From: Pseudomonadota bacterium | Lineage (GTDB): Bacteria; Pseudomonadota; Alphaproteobacteria; Sphingomonadales; Sphingomonadaceae | Assembly: GCA_040390365.1 (NCBI GenBank) | Contig: JAZJYM010000001.1 | Coordinates: 1,291-65,290 of the forward strand | Reading direction: 5' to 3' | Length of the DNA: 64,000 bases | Part shown: positions 1 to 8,337 of the stretch, in pieces | Layout of the letters: each line of letters begins with the position of its first letter | Position numbering within the stretch: position 1 is the stretch's first letter | Notes under the pieces: model-generated | Told to the model about the DNA's origin: nothing | The model's database searches: none | The model's input: only the letters and a program-made list of their open reading frames with translations | Program-made: the position numbers and the translations under genes

Positions 1-232
1 TCTTGCCCTTGATGACGTCGAATTGCTGCATCGGGACGATCGAATGCTGGCCGGTCAAATTGCCCCAGCTCTTGAGGCTGGCCTTAGCCCAATTGCCATA
101 GGCCCGGCGGATGTTGATCGTACCCAGTTCGCCAAGCACCAGAAGAACCTCGTCGAGATGCTCCGGCGACGCATTGTCGGCGTCGATGAGCAAGGCGATA
201 TTGGCTTCCTGTTCGATGTTGCGTTCGCGCAT
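1..232 (-). CDS. NYN-domain (LabA/DUF88-like) protein, N-terminal part; runs off the window edge
   Basis: Manual translation from ATG at 232 gives MRERNIEQEANIALLIDADNASPEHLDEVLLVLGELGTINIRRAYGNW...PMQQFDVIKGK. The motifs IDADN, RRAYGNW and QQFD are typical of NYN domains. Not in the ORF track because it has no stop in the window. Confidence 0.85.
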   Translation of the reverse strand, partial: MRERNIEQEANIALLIDADNASPEHLDEVLLVLGELGTINIRRAYGNWAKASLKSWGNLTGQHSIVPMQQFDVIKGK

Positions 233-386
233 TCGATTCCCTTTTTTCTTCTCTAGCGCGCTGTTGCCGATTGGCCAGCCTCGGCTCAAAATCGATTGCT
301 TTCATCGTCTTGTGCGATCGGTTCGGGAACGAAACGCCGAGTTGCGCACTATAGCCCCACAGGGACGAGCATCGAAGGGACGAGAG

Positions 387-773
387 ATGAAGAAATTTGG
401 CATTGCGGCCGCGCTTGCGGCCACCATCGCAGTCAGCGGCTGCGCAACCTATCCCCAATCCGGGTATAATAATAATCAGGGCTATTACGATTCCTATGGC
501 CAGTGGCATCCGTCGAACGGCTATGGCTATAACAACAATGGCCAGCTTGGTAATGCGGCGACAGGTGCCGCGGTCGGCGCCGTCGGCGGCGCGGTCGCTG
601 GTGCGATTATCCCGGGCGTGAGCGTCGGGACCGGCGCGATTGCCGGTGCGGTTCTCGGCGGCGTTCTTGGAGCGGTCGTCAACAATCGCCAATATTATCG
701 CGATACCCGCGGCTATTGCTATTACGTCGACCAATATGGTCAGCCGCATTACGACTATAATACGCGTTGCTAG
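387..773 (+). CDS. Glycine-zipper lipoprotein, Tyr/Asn/Gly-rich
   Basis: MKKFGIAAALAATIAVSG|C lipobox and GAAVGAVGGAVAG...GAIAGAVLGGVLG zipper; purine-rich RBS before ATG 387. Confidence 0.85.
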   Translation: MKKFGIAAALAATIAVSGCATYPQSGYNNNQGYYDSYGQWHPSNGYGYNNNGQLGNAATGAAVGAVGGAVAGAIIPGVSVGTGAIAGAVLGGVLGAVVNNRQYYRDTRGYCYYVDQYGQPHYDYNTRC

Positions 774-774
774 T

Positions 775-801
775 TGGCCAGCCGCGATCCGCGGCGGGTT
801 A
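775..801. terminator. Hairpin between convergent lipoprotein and carbonic anhydrase genes
   Basis: GCCGCG-ATC-CGCGGC core stem at 781-795, extendable on both sides. Confidence 0.45.
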
Positions 802-817
802 AACGAATGATGCTAGG

Positions 818-1453
818 TTAGGCGGGGCGGAACACATCTTCCGCCTCGTCGAGCATGTACAGGCGGCCCTCGGCAATCGAGAAATGCGCGCCATGCAGAT
901 TGAGGCTGCCCGAGCCTTCACGATCGGCGACCCACGGGAACGTCCGCAAGTTCGCCAGACTGACCTTGACCGCGGCCCGCTCCATTTCCAGCAAGGCGTC
1001 ATCGTCGACTGATCCGAACTGCGACCGCACATGGTCGCGGGCGGCGTCGAGCATGCGCACCCAGTCGGCGATGAAATGGCCTTCGCCTGGAGTGCTATTG
1101 TCGAACTGGCCGGTCAGCGCCGCCTGGCAGCCGCCGCATTTGCCGTGACCCATGACGAGGATCTCCTCGACGCCCAATTGAGTGACCGCGAATTCGAGCG
1201 CGGCGGACACGCCGTGAAAGCCGCGACTGGTTTCATAAGGCGGGGCGAGGGCGGCGACGTTGCGCACGACGAAGATTTCCCCCGGGCGAACGTCGAAGAT
1301 TTGCGCCGGATCGACCCGGCTGTCGGAACAGGCGATGATCATCACCTTGGGGCTCTGGCCTTCCGCCAATTCGCTCCACCGGCCGCGTTCACGCGACCAG
1401 TCATTATGGCGAAAGCGGGCATAGCCCTCGATCAATTGCGACAGATAGGACAT
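818..1453 (-). CDS. can: Beta-class carbonic anhydrase
   Basis: Motifs IACSDSRVDP, VRNVAAL and MGHGKCGG; start at MSYLSQLIEG. Confidence 0.95.
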   Translation of the reverse strand: MSYLSQLIEGYARFRHNDWSRERGRWSELAEGQSPKVMIIACSDSRVDPAQIFDVRPGEIFVVRNVAALAPPYETSRGFHGVSAALEFAVTQLGVEEILVMGHGKCGGCQAALTGQFDNSTPGEGHFIADWVRMLDAARDHVRSQFGSVDDDALLEMERAAVKVSLANLRTFPWVADREGSGSLNLHGAHFSIAEGRLYMLDEAEDVFRPA

Positions 1454-1520
1454 CGGCGTTGCGGCTAGGGAGCTTTGACGGGGGTGGCAAGCGCGCCCGG
1501 CAATCGCTATCTGGCCCACG

Positions 1521-2447
1521 ATGAATGTTCCGCTGCCAATCCCGCCGCGCCAGCGCAAGCCCGACTGGATTCGGGTCAAGGCGCCGGTCAGTGAAGGCTA
1601 TGCCAAGACCCGCAAGCTGATGCGCGACCTCGGCCTGGTCACGGTGTGCGAGGAAGCGGCTTGCCCGAACATCGGCGAGTGCTGGACCAAGAAGCATGCA
1701 ACGGTGATGATCCTTGGCGATACGTGCACGCGCGCCTGCGCCTTTTGCAACGTCAAAACCGGGATGCCGCGCGCGGTCGACGCCCTCGAGCCCGAACATG
1801 TCGCGACGGCGGCGGCCGAGCTTGGCCTCGAGCATATCGTCGTCACCTCGGTCGATCGCGACGATCTTCCCGACGGCGGCGCAAGCCAGTTCGTCAAGGT
1901 GATCGAAGCGCTGCGCCGCAACACCCCCAACACGACGATCGAAATCCTCACCCCCGATTTCCGCAACAAGCATGAACGCGCGGTCGAAGCGATCGTCGCC
2001 GCCCGGCCCGACGTCTATAACCACAACCTCGAAACCGTGCCGAGGCTCTATCCGACGATCCGCCCGGGCGCGCGTTATTATGCCTCGCTTCGACTGCTCG
2101 AAAGCGTCAAGCGCATGGATCCGTCGATCTTCACCAAGTCGGGCGTGATGGTCGGTCTCGGCGAACAGCGGCTCGAAGTTCACCAGGTGATGGACGACAT
2201 GCGCTCGGCCGGTGTCGATTTCCTGACCATGGGCCAATATCTCCAGCCGACCCCGCGCCACGCGACGGTCGAGGAGTTCGTCACTCCGCAGGCATTCGAT
2301 TCCTATGCCGCGATCGCCCGCGCCAAGGGTTTCCTGCTGGTCGCCGCAAGCCCGCTGACCCGCTCGAGCTATCACGCCGGCGACGATTTCCGCAAAATGC
2401 AGGAAGCGCGTTCGGCGCAGCTGGCGAAAGCCGGGGCCTCTGCCTGA
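1521..2447 (+). CDS. lipA: Lipoyl synthase
   Basis: Motifs [20 protein letters not shown] and RSSYHA. Confidence 0.98.
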   Translation: MNVPLPIPPRQRKPDWIRVKAPVSEGYAKTRKLMRDLGLVTVCEEAACPNIGECWTKKHATVMILGDTCTRACAFCNVKTGMPRAVDALEPEHVATAAAELGLEHIVVTSVDRDDLPDGGASQFVKVIEALRRNTPNTTIEILTPDFRNKHERAVEAIVAARPDVYNHNLETVPRLYPTIRPGARYYASLRLLESVKRMDPSIFTKSGVMVGLGEQRLEVHQVMDDMRSAGVDFLTMGQYLQPTPRHATVEEFVTPQAFDSYAAIARAKGFLLVAASPLTRSSYHAGDDFRKMQEARSAQLAKAGASA

Positions 2448-2908
2448 TGCCTCGCCATTGCGAGACCAAGCATCTCCCTTACACTCCCGAACAGATGTTC
2501 GAGCTCGTCGCCGATGTCGCCCGCTATGACGAATTCCTGCCGTGGGTGGTCGCGGTCCGGGTGCGCTCGGCGAGCGAGACGGAAACGGTGGCCGATCTGG
2601 TCGTCGGCTTCAATGCCTTCAAGGAGCGCTTCACCAGCAAGGTGGTGAAGAATCGGCCGGGCAAGATCTGCGTCGATTATATCGAGGGGCCGCTGAAATA
2701 TCTGCACAATGAATGGAATTTCAAACCCGCGTCCGATGGCGGGACCGAGGTTCACTTCGCGGTGGATTTCGCGTTCAAGTCGCGCTTGTTCGAAACGCTT
2801 GCCGGGGCGATGTTCGACCGCGCGTTGCGGCGCATGACCCAGGCGTTTGAACGGCGCGCCGCGGCGCTTTACGGCATCAATAATTCAAGCGCGCAAAGCG
2901 CCGCCTGA
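2447..2908 (+). CDS. ratA: RatA/Coq10 START-domain protein
   Basis: Motif PYTPEQMFELVADVARYDEFLPW; conserved position after lipA. Confidence 0.93.
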   Translation: MPRHCETKHLPYTPEQMFELVADVARYDEFLPWVVAVRVRSASETETVADLVVGFNAFKERFTSKVVKNRPGKICVDYIEGPLKYLHNEWNFKPASDGGTEVHFAVDFAFKSRLFETLAGAMFDRALRRMTQAFERRAAALYGINNSSAQSAA

Positions 2909-3372
2909 AGCCGCACTCCGGAGCGGGTCGTTTCGTTGAAGAACTTCTGATCGGCGACGATTTTCGCCGGATCGGCGTCGCGCTCAGCGCAAGCGAAGAC
3001 GACCGTTCCAACCGGCTTGGCGGGAGTTCCACCGCCGGGCCCGGCGATTCCGGTGATCGCGACCGCGACATCCGCTTCCGACGCTGCAAGCGCGCCGCGC
3101 GCCATCGCCCAGGCAGTGGCCACGCTGACCGCTCCAAAGGTGTCGACAACGTCCTCGCTGACCTTGAGCTGGGCGACCTTGGCGGCATTGGAATAGGTTA
3201 TATAACCGGCTTCAAACACGTCCGACGAACCGGGAATTTCGGTCAGCGCGGCGCTGACCAGGCCGCCGGTGCAGCTTTCGGCGACAGCGATGCGCCGGCC
3301 GGCGGCGCGATTGGCATCGACCACGGCGCGCGCTTTGTCGACCAGTATTCGCGGCAAAAGCCAGTCGCTCAC
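2869..3372 (-). CDS. cinA: CinA/PncC nicotinamide-nucleotide amidase
   Basis: Motifs AESCTGG, PGSS, GAVS and ITGIAGPGGG. Confidence 0.93.
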   Translation of the reverse strand: MSDWLLPRILVDKARAVVDANRAAGRRIAVAESCTGGLVSAALTEIPGSSDVFEAGYITYSNAAKVAQLKVSEDVVDTFGAVSVATAWAMARGALAASEADVAVAITGIAGPGGGTPAKPVGTVVFACAERDADPAKIVADQKFFNETTRSGVRLQAALCALELLMP

Positions 3373-4511
3373 CAGATCTTCCCCATTCGAATATTGGCCA
3401 CGGCTTGAACGGCAATGCCTTCGCGCCGGCCGCTGAAGCCAAGGCCCTCGGTCGTCGTCGCCTTGACGCTTACCTGGGCCGGGTCAAGCTCGGCGATGGC
3501 CGCGATCCGCGCGCGCATTGCCGCTCGATACGGCCCGATCTTCGGTTCCTCGGCGATGATGGTACAATCCATGGCGTCGATGATTGCTCCCTCGGCGCGC
3601 ACCAATGTTGCGGCGTGAGCGAGAAAATGGTCGGACGCCGCACCCTTCCAGCGCGGGTCGGAGGGCGGGAAATGGTCGCCGATGTCGCCCAATCCGGCGG
3701 CTCCGAGCAGGGCATCGGTCAGCGCGTGGAGCACGACATCGGCATCGCTATGGCCCGACAATCCTCGCGCATGGGGTATCGCGATCCCGCCGAGCATGAC
3801 CGGGCCGTCGCCGCCAAAGGCGTGGACATCGAAGCCGAAGCCGGTGCGCGGGACCATCTGGCCGGCAAGCCAGGTTTCGGCACGCACAAAATCCTCGGCG
3901 GTGGTAATCTTGTCGAGCGCAGCGCTTCCGGTAACCGCTGCAACGCTCATTCCGGCGGCGCGAAGAACATTGGTCTCGTCGGTCGGGGAGGGGCCCGACC
4001 AGCAAGCATAAGCGCTGCGCAGCGCAGCAAGGCGCGCCGCCTGCGGGGTCTGAACCCGGACCAGCGATTCGCGATCGATCGCCTCGCCCAATGTGGCGCC
4101 GGCCCGGGCGAGCGTGTCGCCAGCGGCAAGGACCGGTGCGGCGCCGTCGTGAAATTCCAGCGCTGCAAGCAAACGGTCGATGACATCGGGCGGACAGAAG
4201 GGGCGGGCGGCATCGTGGACCAGCACCGCATCGGCCGCGACCTCGGCAAGTCCGCGCCGGACCGATTCCGCGCGGGTCGGCCCGCCGGTGATGAGTTCGC
4301 CGACTTCACGTTTGCCCAGAGCAGAGCGCGCCAATTCCGTTTGGCCGGCACCGATCACCACGCGCACGTCCTGGACCGCGGGGTGGCCGGCGAGTGCGTC
4401 CACCGCCCGGGCGAGCACGGTCTTGCCGCCGAGCAGCCGATATTGCTTGGGCAGGCCGCCGCCGAGGCGCTCGCCGCTGCCGGCGGCCACGATGAGGGCG
4501 GTAACGGTCAT
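3369..4511 (-). CDS. ispDF: Bifunctional IspD/IspF
   Basis: Motifs AAGSGERLG..PKQY, VHDAARP, GFGFDVH and GHSDADV. Confidence 0.97.
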   Translation of the reverse strand: MTVTALIVAAGSGERLGGGLPKQYRLLGGKTVLARAVDALAGHPAVQDVRVVIGAGQTELARSALGKREVGELITGGPTRAESVRRGLAEVAADAVLVHDAARPFCPPDVIDRLLAALEFHDGAAPVLAAGDTLARAGATLGEAIDRESLVRVQTPQAARLAALRSAYACWSGPSPTDETNVLRAAGMSVAAVTGSAALDKITTAEDFVRAETWLAGQMVPRTGFGFDVHAFGGDGPVMLGGIAIPHARGLSGHSDADVVLHALTDALLGAAGLGDIGDHFPPSDPRWKGAASDHFLAHAATLVRAEGAIIDAMDCTIIAEEPKIGPYRAAMRARIAAIAELDPAQVSVKATTTEGLGFSGRREGIAVQAVANIRMGKIW

Positions 4512-4561
4512 GGCGCGCGCCTTGCCCCCCTAAACCGCCTCCTGTAAAGGCGCGCGTCCTC

Positions 4562-5560
4562 ATGCCCGACCTTAAACCCATCTCGATCGGCCCCTTGAGC
4601 ATCGCCGCGCCGGTCATCCTGGCGCCGATGACCGGGGTCACCGACTTGCCGTTCCGGCGGGTGGTCAAGCGCTTTGGCGCCGGGCTGACGGTAAGCGAGA
4701 TGATCGCCAGCCAGGCGATGGTCCGCGAAACCCGCCAGTCGCTCCAGAAATGCCTGTGGGATCCGCTCGAGGAGCCGGTTTCGCTTCAGCTCGCGGGATG
4801 CGAGCCGGCGGTCATGGCCGAAGCCGCCAAGCTCAACGAGCAGCGCGGCGCGGCGATCATCGACATCAACATGGGCTGCCCGGTCAAGAAGGTCGTCAAC
4901 GGCGACGCGGGCAGCGCGCTGATGCGCGATCTGCCGCTCGCCGCCGCGATCATCGCTGCGACGGTCAAAGCGGTTTCTGTGCCGGTGACCCTCAAGATGC
5001 GCATGGGCTGGTGCCACGACAGCCTCAACGCGCCCGACCTCGCGCGCATTGCCGAAGGGCTGGGCGTCCAGATGATCACCGTCCACGGCCGCACCCGCAA
5101 CCAGCTTTACAAGGGCGAGGCCGATTGGGCGTTCGTCCGCCGGGTCAAGGATGCGGTCGGCATTCCGGTGATCGTCAATGGCGATATCTGCTCGATCGCG
5201 GATTCGAGGGAAGCGCTGGCCCAGTCCGGCGCCGACGGAGTGATGATCGGGCGCGGCGCTTATGGCCGTCCGTGGCTGCTCGGCCAGGTCATGGCCGAAC
5301 TCGGCGGCGGGACGGGCCGGGCCGACCCGAGCCTCGATCAGCAGCTCGCGACCATGCTCGAACAATATGAGGCGATGCTCGGGCTTTACGGCACCCACAC
5401 CGGAGTCAATCTCGCGCGCAAGCATATCGGCTGGTACACCAAGGGCCTGCCCGGCTCGGCCGAGCTTCGGAACCGGGTCAATTGCCAGGATGACCCGGCG
5501 GTCGTGACCGCCATGTTGCGTGAGTTTTATGCGCCGTGGCTCTCGCAAGCCGCAGCGTAG
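4562..5560 (+). CDS. dusB: tRNA-dihydrouridine synthase B (NifR3)
   Basis: Motifs LAPMTGVTD, DINMGCP, VHGRTR and GDI. Confidence 0.97.
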   Translation: MPDLKPISIGPLSIAAPVILAPMTGVTDLPFRRVVKRFGAGLTVSEMIASQAMVRETRQSLQKCLWDPLEEPVSLQLAGCEPAVMAEAAKLNEQRGAAIIDINMGCPVKKVVNGDAGSALMRDLPLAAAIIAATVKAVSVPVTLKMRMGWCHDSLNAPDLARIAEGLGVQMITVHGRTRNQLYKGEADWAFVRRVKDAVGIPVIVNGDICSIADSREALAQSGADGVMIGRGAYGRPWLLGQVMAELGGGTGRADPSLDQQLATMLEQYEAMLGLYGTHTGVNLARKHIGWYTKGLPGSAELRNRVNCQDDPAVVTAMLREFYAPWLSQAAA

Positions 5561-5643
5561 GATCACAACTTTGAAGTCTTTACAAAGGCGCTACAAGTAC
5601 ATACCATCGACTAGTGTCGAATCGCGTTTGCGGAGACTAGGTA

Positions 5644-5808
5644 ATGAAAAAGGTTTCATTCGCGATAGTTGCCATGTTGCTACCACTGGCGCCGACCTAT
5701 GCACAGCAGCAGCCGCCACCTCCGGCATATTTCTGGGTATGCACTGCCAGCGGTTGCACCCTCGTTTATTGCACACAATCTGGTTGCGTACCAGTCAATC
5801 GCCAGTAA
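5644..5808 (+). CDS. 54-aa secreted Cys-rich microprotein (uncalled by ORF track)
   Basis: Translates as MKKVSFAIVAMLLPLAPTYA|QQQPPPPAYFWVCTASGCTLVYCTQSGCVPVNRQ. GGAGA lies upstream of the ATG, the leader has signal-peptide architecture, and CTxSGC occurs twice. Confidence 0.7.
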   Translation: MKKVSFAIVAMLLPLAPTYAQQQPPPPAYFWVCTASGCTLVYCTQSGCVPVNRQ

Positions 5809-6020
5809 TCGACTGGAAGACCAGCAGTGAGGCTCGTTGTTGGACGGGCCGTTTGGTTCGCGTCGAACGGCTCGACTTCCTATTTTGTAGAACAGATCAG
5901 AAGATCGGGCATTGATTTCCGCGTCATTTAAAGCACGCCAAGAGCACGGAGGCGCCATCGTGGGCAATGCTCTACCTCGATCGCAAGAGAACGTAGGTTC
6001 GATAACTTAGATTCTTACCT

Positions 6021-6047
6021 GCAAACACAGTGTGTTGATTCTGCAAC
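6021..6047 (+). promoter_or_regulatory. Overlapping dyads upstream of ntrY, possible NtrX autoregulatory site
   Basis: AACAC-AGT-GTGTT (6024-6036) and GTTG-ATTCTG-CAAC (6034-6047) in an AT-rich promoter region. Confidence 0.35.
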
Positions 6048-6069
6048 GCTCGTGCTACGAGCGCGGCAT

Positions 6070-8337
6070 ATGGACGCGCGCGCCGCCGAATCGCAGATCA
6101 CGACGCGCCTTGACGCGTGGCTTCAGCGCGAGCGGGTAAGCGGGCGTTTTTACGACCGCATCACCGTACTGACCGGAATCGCGCTGGTTGCGATCATGGG
6201 ACTGAGCGCCGTGCTTTTGTCTCGGCCCACGCAGCCGGGTTCCTTGCTTTCGCCACCGTTCATCGCGCTTCTCCTCGTGGCCAATCTGATCCCCGCGATC
6301 GCACTGATGGTGCTGATCAGCCGCAAGGTCGCGACCAAGCGGGCGGAGGAGGGCGGTCTCGGCAGTGGGCGGCTGCATACGCGGATGGTGGCGTTATTCT
6401 CGGTCATCGCCGCCGCGCCCACTGTGATGGTGGCGATCTTCGCATCTGTGCTGTTGCAGAGCGGGCTCGAGTTCTGGTTTTCGGATCGCGCTCGAAATAT
6501 GCTCGAGAACACCGTTCAGGTCGCACGGATTAGCTACCAGCTCGAGTCAGACCGGATCGCGAATGAGACGTTGACGATGGGCGATGATCTTGGCGGAAAG
6601 CTCAAGGTTTTGGCCATGTCCGACCCGCGCTTCGCGGATTATCTGTTAGGCCAAGTCTATCTTCGCGGATTGAGTGAGGCCGTGATCGTCAATGTCGGCG
6701 ATGACGGTGTGCTTCGCAGCCTGGCGCTCGTGAATCCCTATGATCGTCCGCTCGACAAGATCGTATCAAGAGAAAAGATCGCGGAGCTTCGAGGAAAGCG
6801 GAGCGTGCCGCTGAGCTACGCGTCGGATCGTATCGGAACTCTGGCCAAACTTGACTACGGACCGAACACCTATCTCTACGCGGCGCGCATCTTCGACCCA
6901 CAGGTCCGAGCACAGATCGATCGCGCTGACGCGGTACTCGACGACTATCAGGGCTTGCTTGCAAAATCCCGCGCCAACCAATTGAAATTCAACATGGCAT
7001 TGTTCCTTGGCGCGCTCGTCATTGTGGGCCTGGCAATTCTTGCTGCACTAAAGATCGCCGACCGCATGGTGCGACCGGTGGGCGAACTGGTTGGCGCCGC
7101 CGGGAGGATCGAGGCCGGAGATTTCTCGGCCCGTGTGCCCGTCAGCAAGAGCGACGATGAGATCCAAGTGCTCGCCAGCGCCTTCAACCGGATGACCGGA
7201 CGCCTCGAGGAGCAGACCAACGAGCTGCGCGCCGCCAATACCCAGCTCGAGACCCGCCGCGCGTTCATCGAGGCCGTGCTGTCCAGCGTCACCGCCGGAG
7301 TGATCGCGCTCGACAGCAGGAACAAGGTGCTGCTGGTCAACCGCTCGGCCCACGAACTGATCGAAGGGCGCCACAAGACCGCCGAAGGCAAGAAACTGGC
7401 GAGCATTTCGACCGAGCTCGACGAATTCATGCACGGCGAGCAGTCCGAAGCCAATGTGCTGATCGCAACCGAGGGCGCCCAGCGCACTCTGGCGGTGAAG
7501 CGCGTTCGCTACCAGGACGGCAGCGTCCTGACCTTCGACGACATTACCGATCAGCTGGGCGACCAGCGCCGCGCCGCCTGGTCCGACATCGCGCGGCGGA
7601 TCGCGCATGAAATCAAGAACCCGCTGACCCCGATCCAGCTCGCCGCCGAACGGCTCCAGCGGCGCTTCGGCAAGGACATTGCCGCCGACAAGGAGACGTT
7701 CGAGAAGCTGACCAGCACGATCGTCCGCCAGGTCGGCGACCTGCGCCGGATGGTCGACGAATTCTCCAACTTCGCGCGCATGCCCAAACCCGTGTTCCGC
7801 GAGGGGAATGTCCTTGAAATCGCGCGCCAGGCATTGTTCCTGCACGAAGTCGCGCACCCCGCGATCACCTTTGAGATCGACCCGCCGAGCGGCGACTTCG
7901 TCATGGTATGCGATCGCCGCCAGCTTGGGCAGGCGCTCACAAATATCGTCAAGAATGGCGTGGAAGCCATTGAAGGCAGGCGTAATCGCGGCGAACATAA
8001 TATCGCCGGCGACCGCGTCGAGCTGCGCTTGAGAAGCGATGGCGAGCTGATCGTCATCGACGTCATGGATACCGGTGTTGGACTGCCCGAGGATCGCGAG
8101 CGGATCACCGAACCCTATGTCACGACGCGGGTCCGCGGGACCGGCCTTGGTCTCGCCATCGTCAAGAAGATCGTCGAGGAGCATATGGGCGAAATCGCCT
8201 TTCTCGACCGCCCGGGCGGCGGAACCCATGTCCGGATTGCGTTCGATACCGCCAAGCTGGCGACGATGGGGAGCGATTCCGACGACGCCGCGGACGGCGA
8301 CAATCAACATGACGATGATTCTGAGGATATGGCCTGA
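6070..8337 (+). CDS. ntrY: NtrY sensor histidine kinase (HAMP-PAS-HK)
   Basis: Motifs AWSDIARRIAHEIKNPLTPIQL, N-box and GTGLGL; TM segments; upstream of ntrX. Start taken at MDARA. Confidence 0.95.
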   Translation: MDARAAESQITTRLDAWLQRERVSGRFYDRITVLTGIALVAIMGLSAVLLSRPTQPGSLLSPPFIALLLVANLIPAIALMVLISRKVATKRAEEGGLGSGRLHTRMVALFSVIAAAPTVMVAIFASVLLQSGLEFWFSDRARNMLENTVQVARISYQLESDRIANETLTMGDDLGGKLKVLAMSDPRFADYLLGQVYLRGLSEAVIVNVGDDGVLRSLALVNPYDRPLDKIVSREKIAELRGKRSVPLSYASDRIGTLAKLDYGPNTYLYAARIFDPQVRAQIDRADAVLDDYQGLLAKSRANQLKFNMALFLGALVIVGLAILAALKIADRMVRPVGELVGAAGRIEAGDFSARVPVSKSDDEIQVLASAFNRMTGRLEEQTNELRAANTQLETRRAFIEAVLSSVTAGVIALDSRNKVLLVNRSAHELIEGRHKTAEGKKLASISTELDEFMHGEQSEANVLIATEGAQRTLAVKRVRYQDGSVLTFDDITDQLGDQRRAAWSDIARRIAHEIKNPLTPIQLAAERLQRRFGKDIAADKETFEKLTSTIVRQVGDLRRMVDEFSNFARMPKPVFREGNVLEIARQALFLHEVAHPAITFEIDPPSGDFVMVCDRRQLGQALTNIVKNGVEAIEGRRNRGEHNIAGDRVELRLRSDGELIVIDVMDTGVGLPEDRERITEPYVTTRVRGTGLGLAIVKKIVEEHMGEIAFLDRPGGGTHVRIAFDTAKLATMGSDSDDAADGDNQHDDDSEDMA

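Noticed and set aside
23-256. 77-aa + strand ORF
   Set aside because: Shadow of the NYN-domain gene on the - strand.
326-350. GGAACGAAAC upstream of the lipoprotein gene as an EcfG promoter
   Set aside because: The -10 position reads CACT rather than CGTT/GGTT.
5827-5931. 34-codon GTG ORF (MRLVVGRAVWFASNGSTSYFVEQIRRSGIDFRVI) just after the Cys peptide, a possible partner or immunity gene
   Set aside because: Weak RBS, no motif or TM helix, and a length expected by chance; worth rechecking only if conserved beside peptide homologues.
5520-5967. Track ORFs 5520-5915 (+), 5591-5776 (-) and 5680-5967 (-) in the dusB-ntrY gap
   Set aside because: No RBS or protein-like features; they overlap the better-supported 5644-5808 peptide gene.
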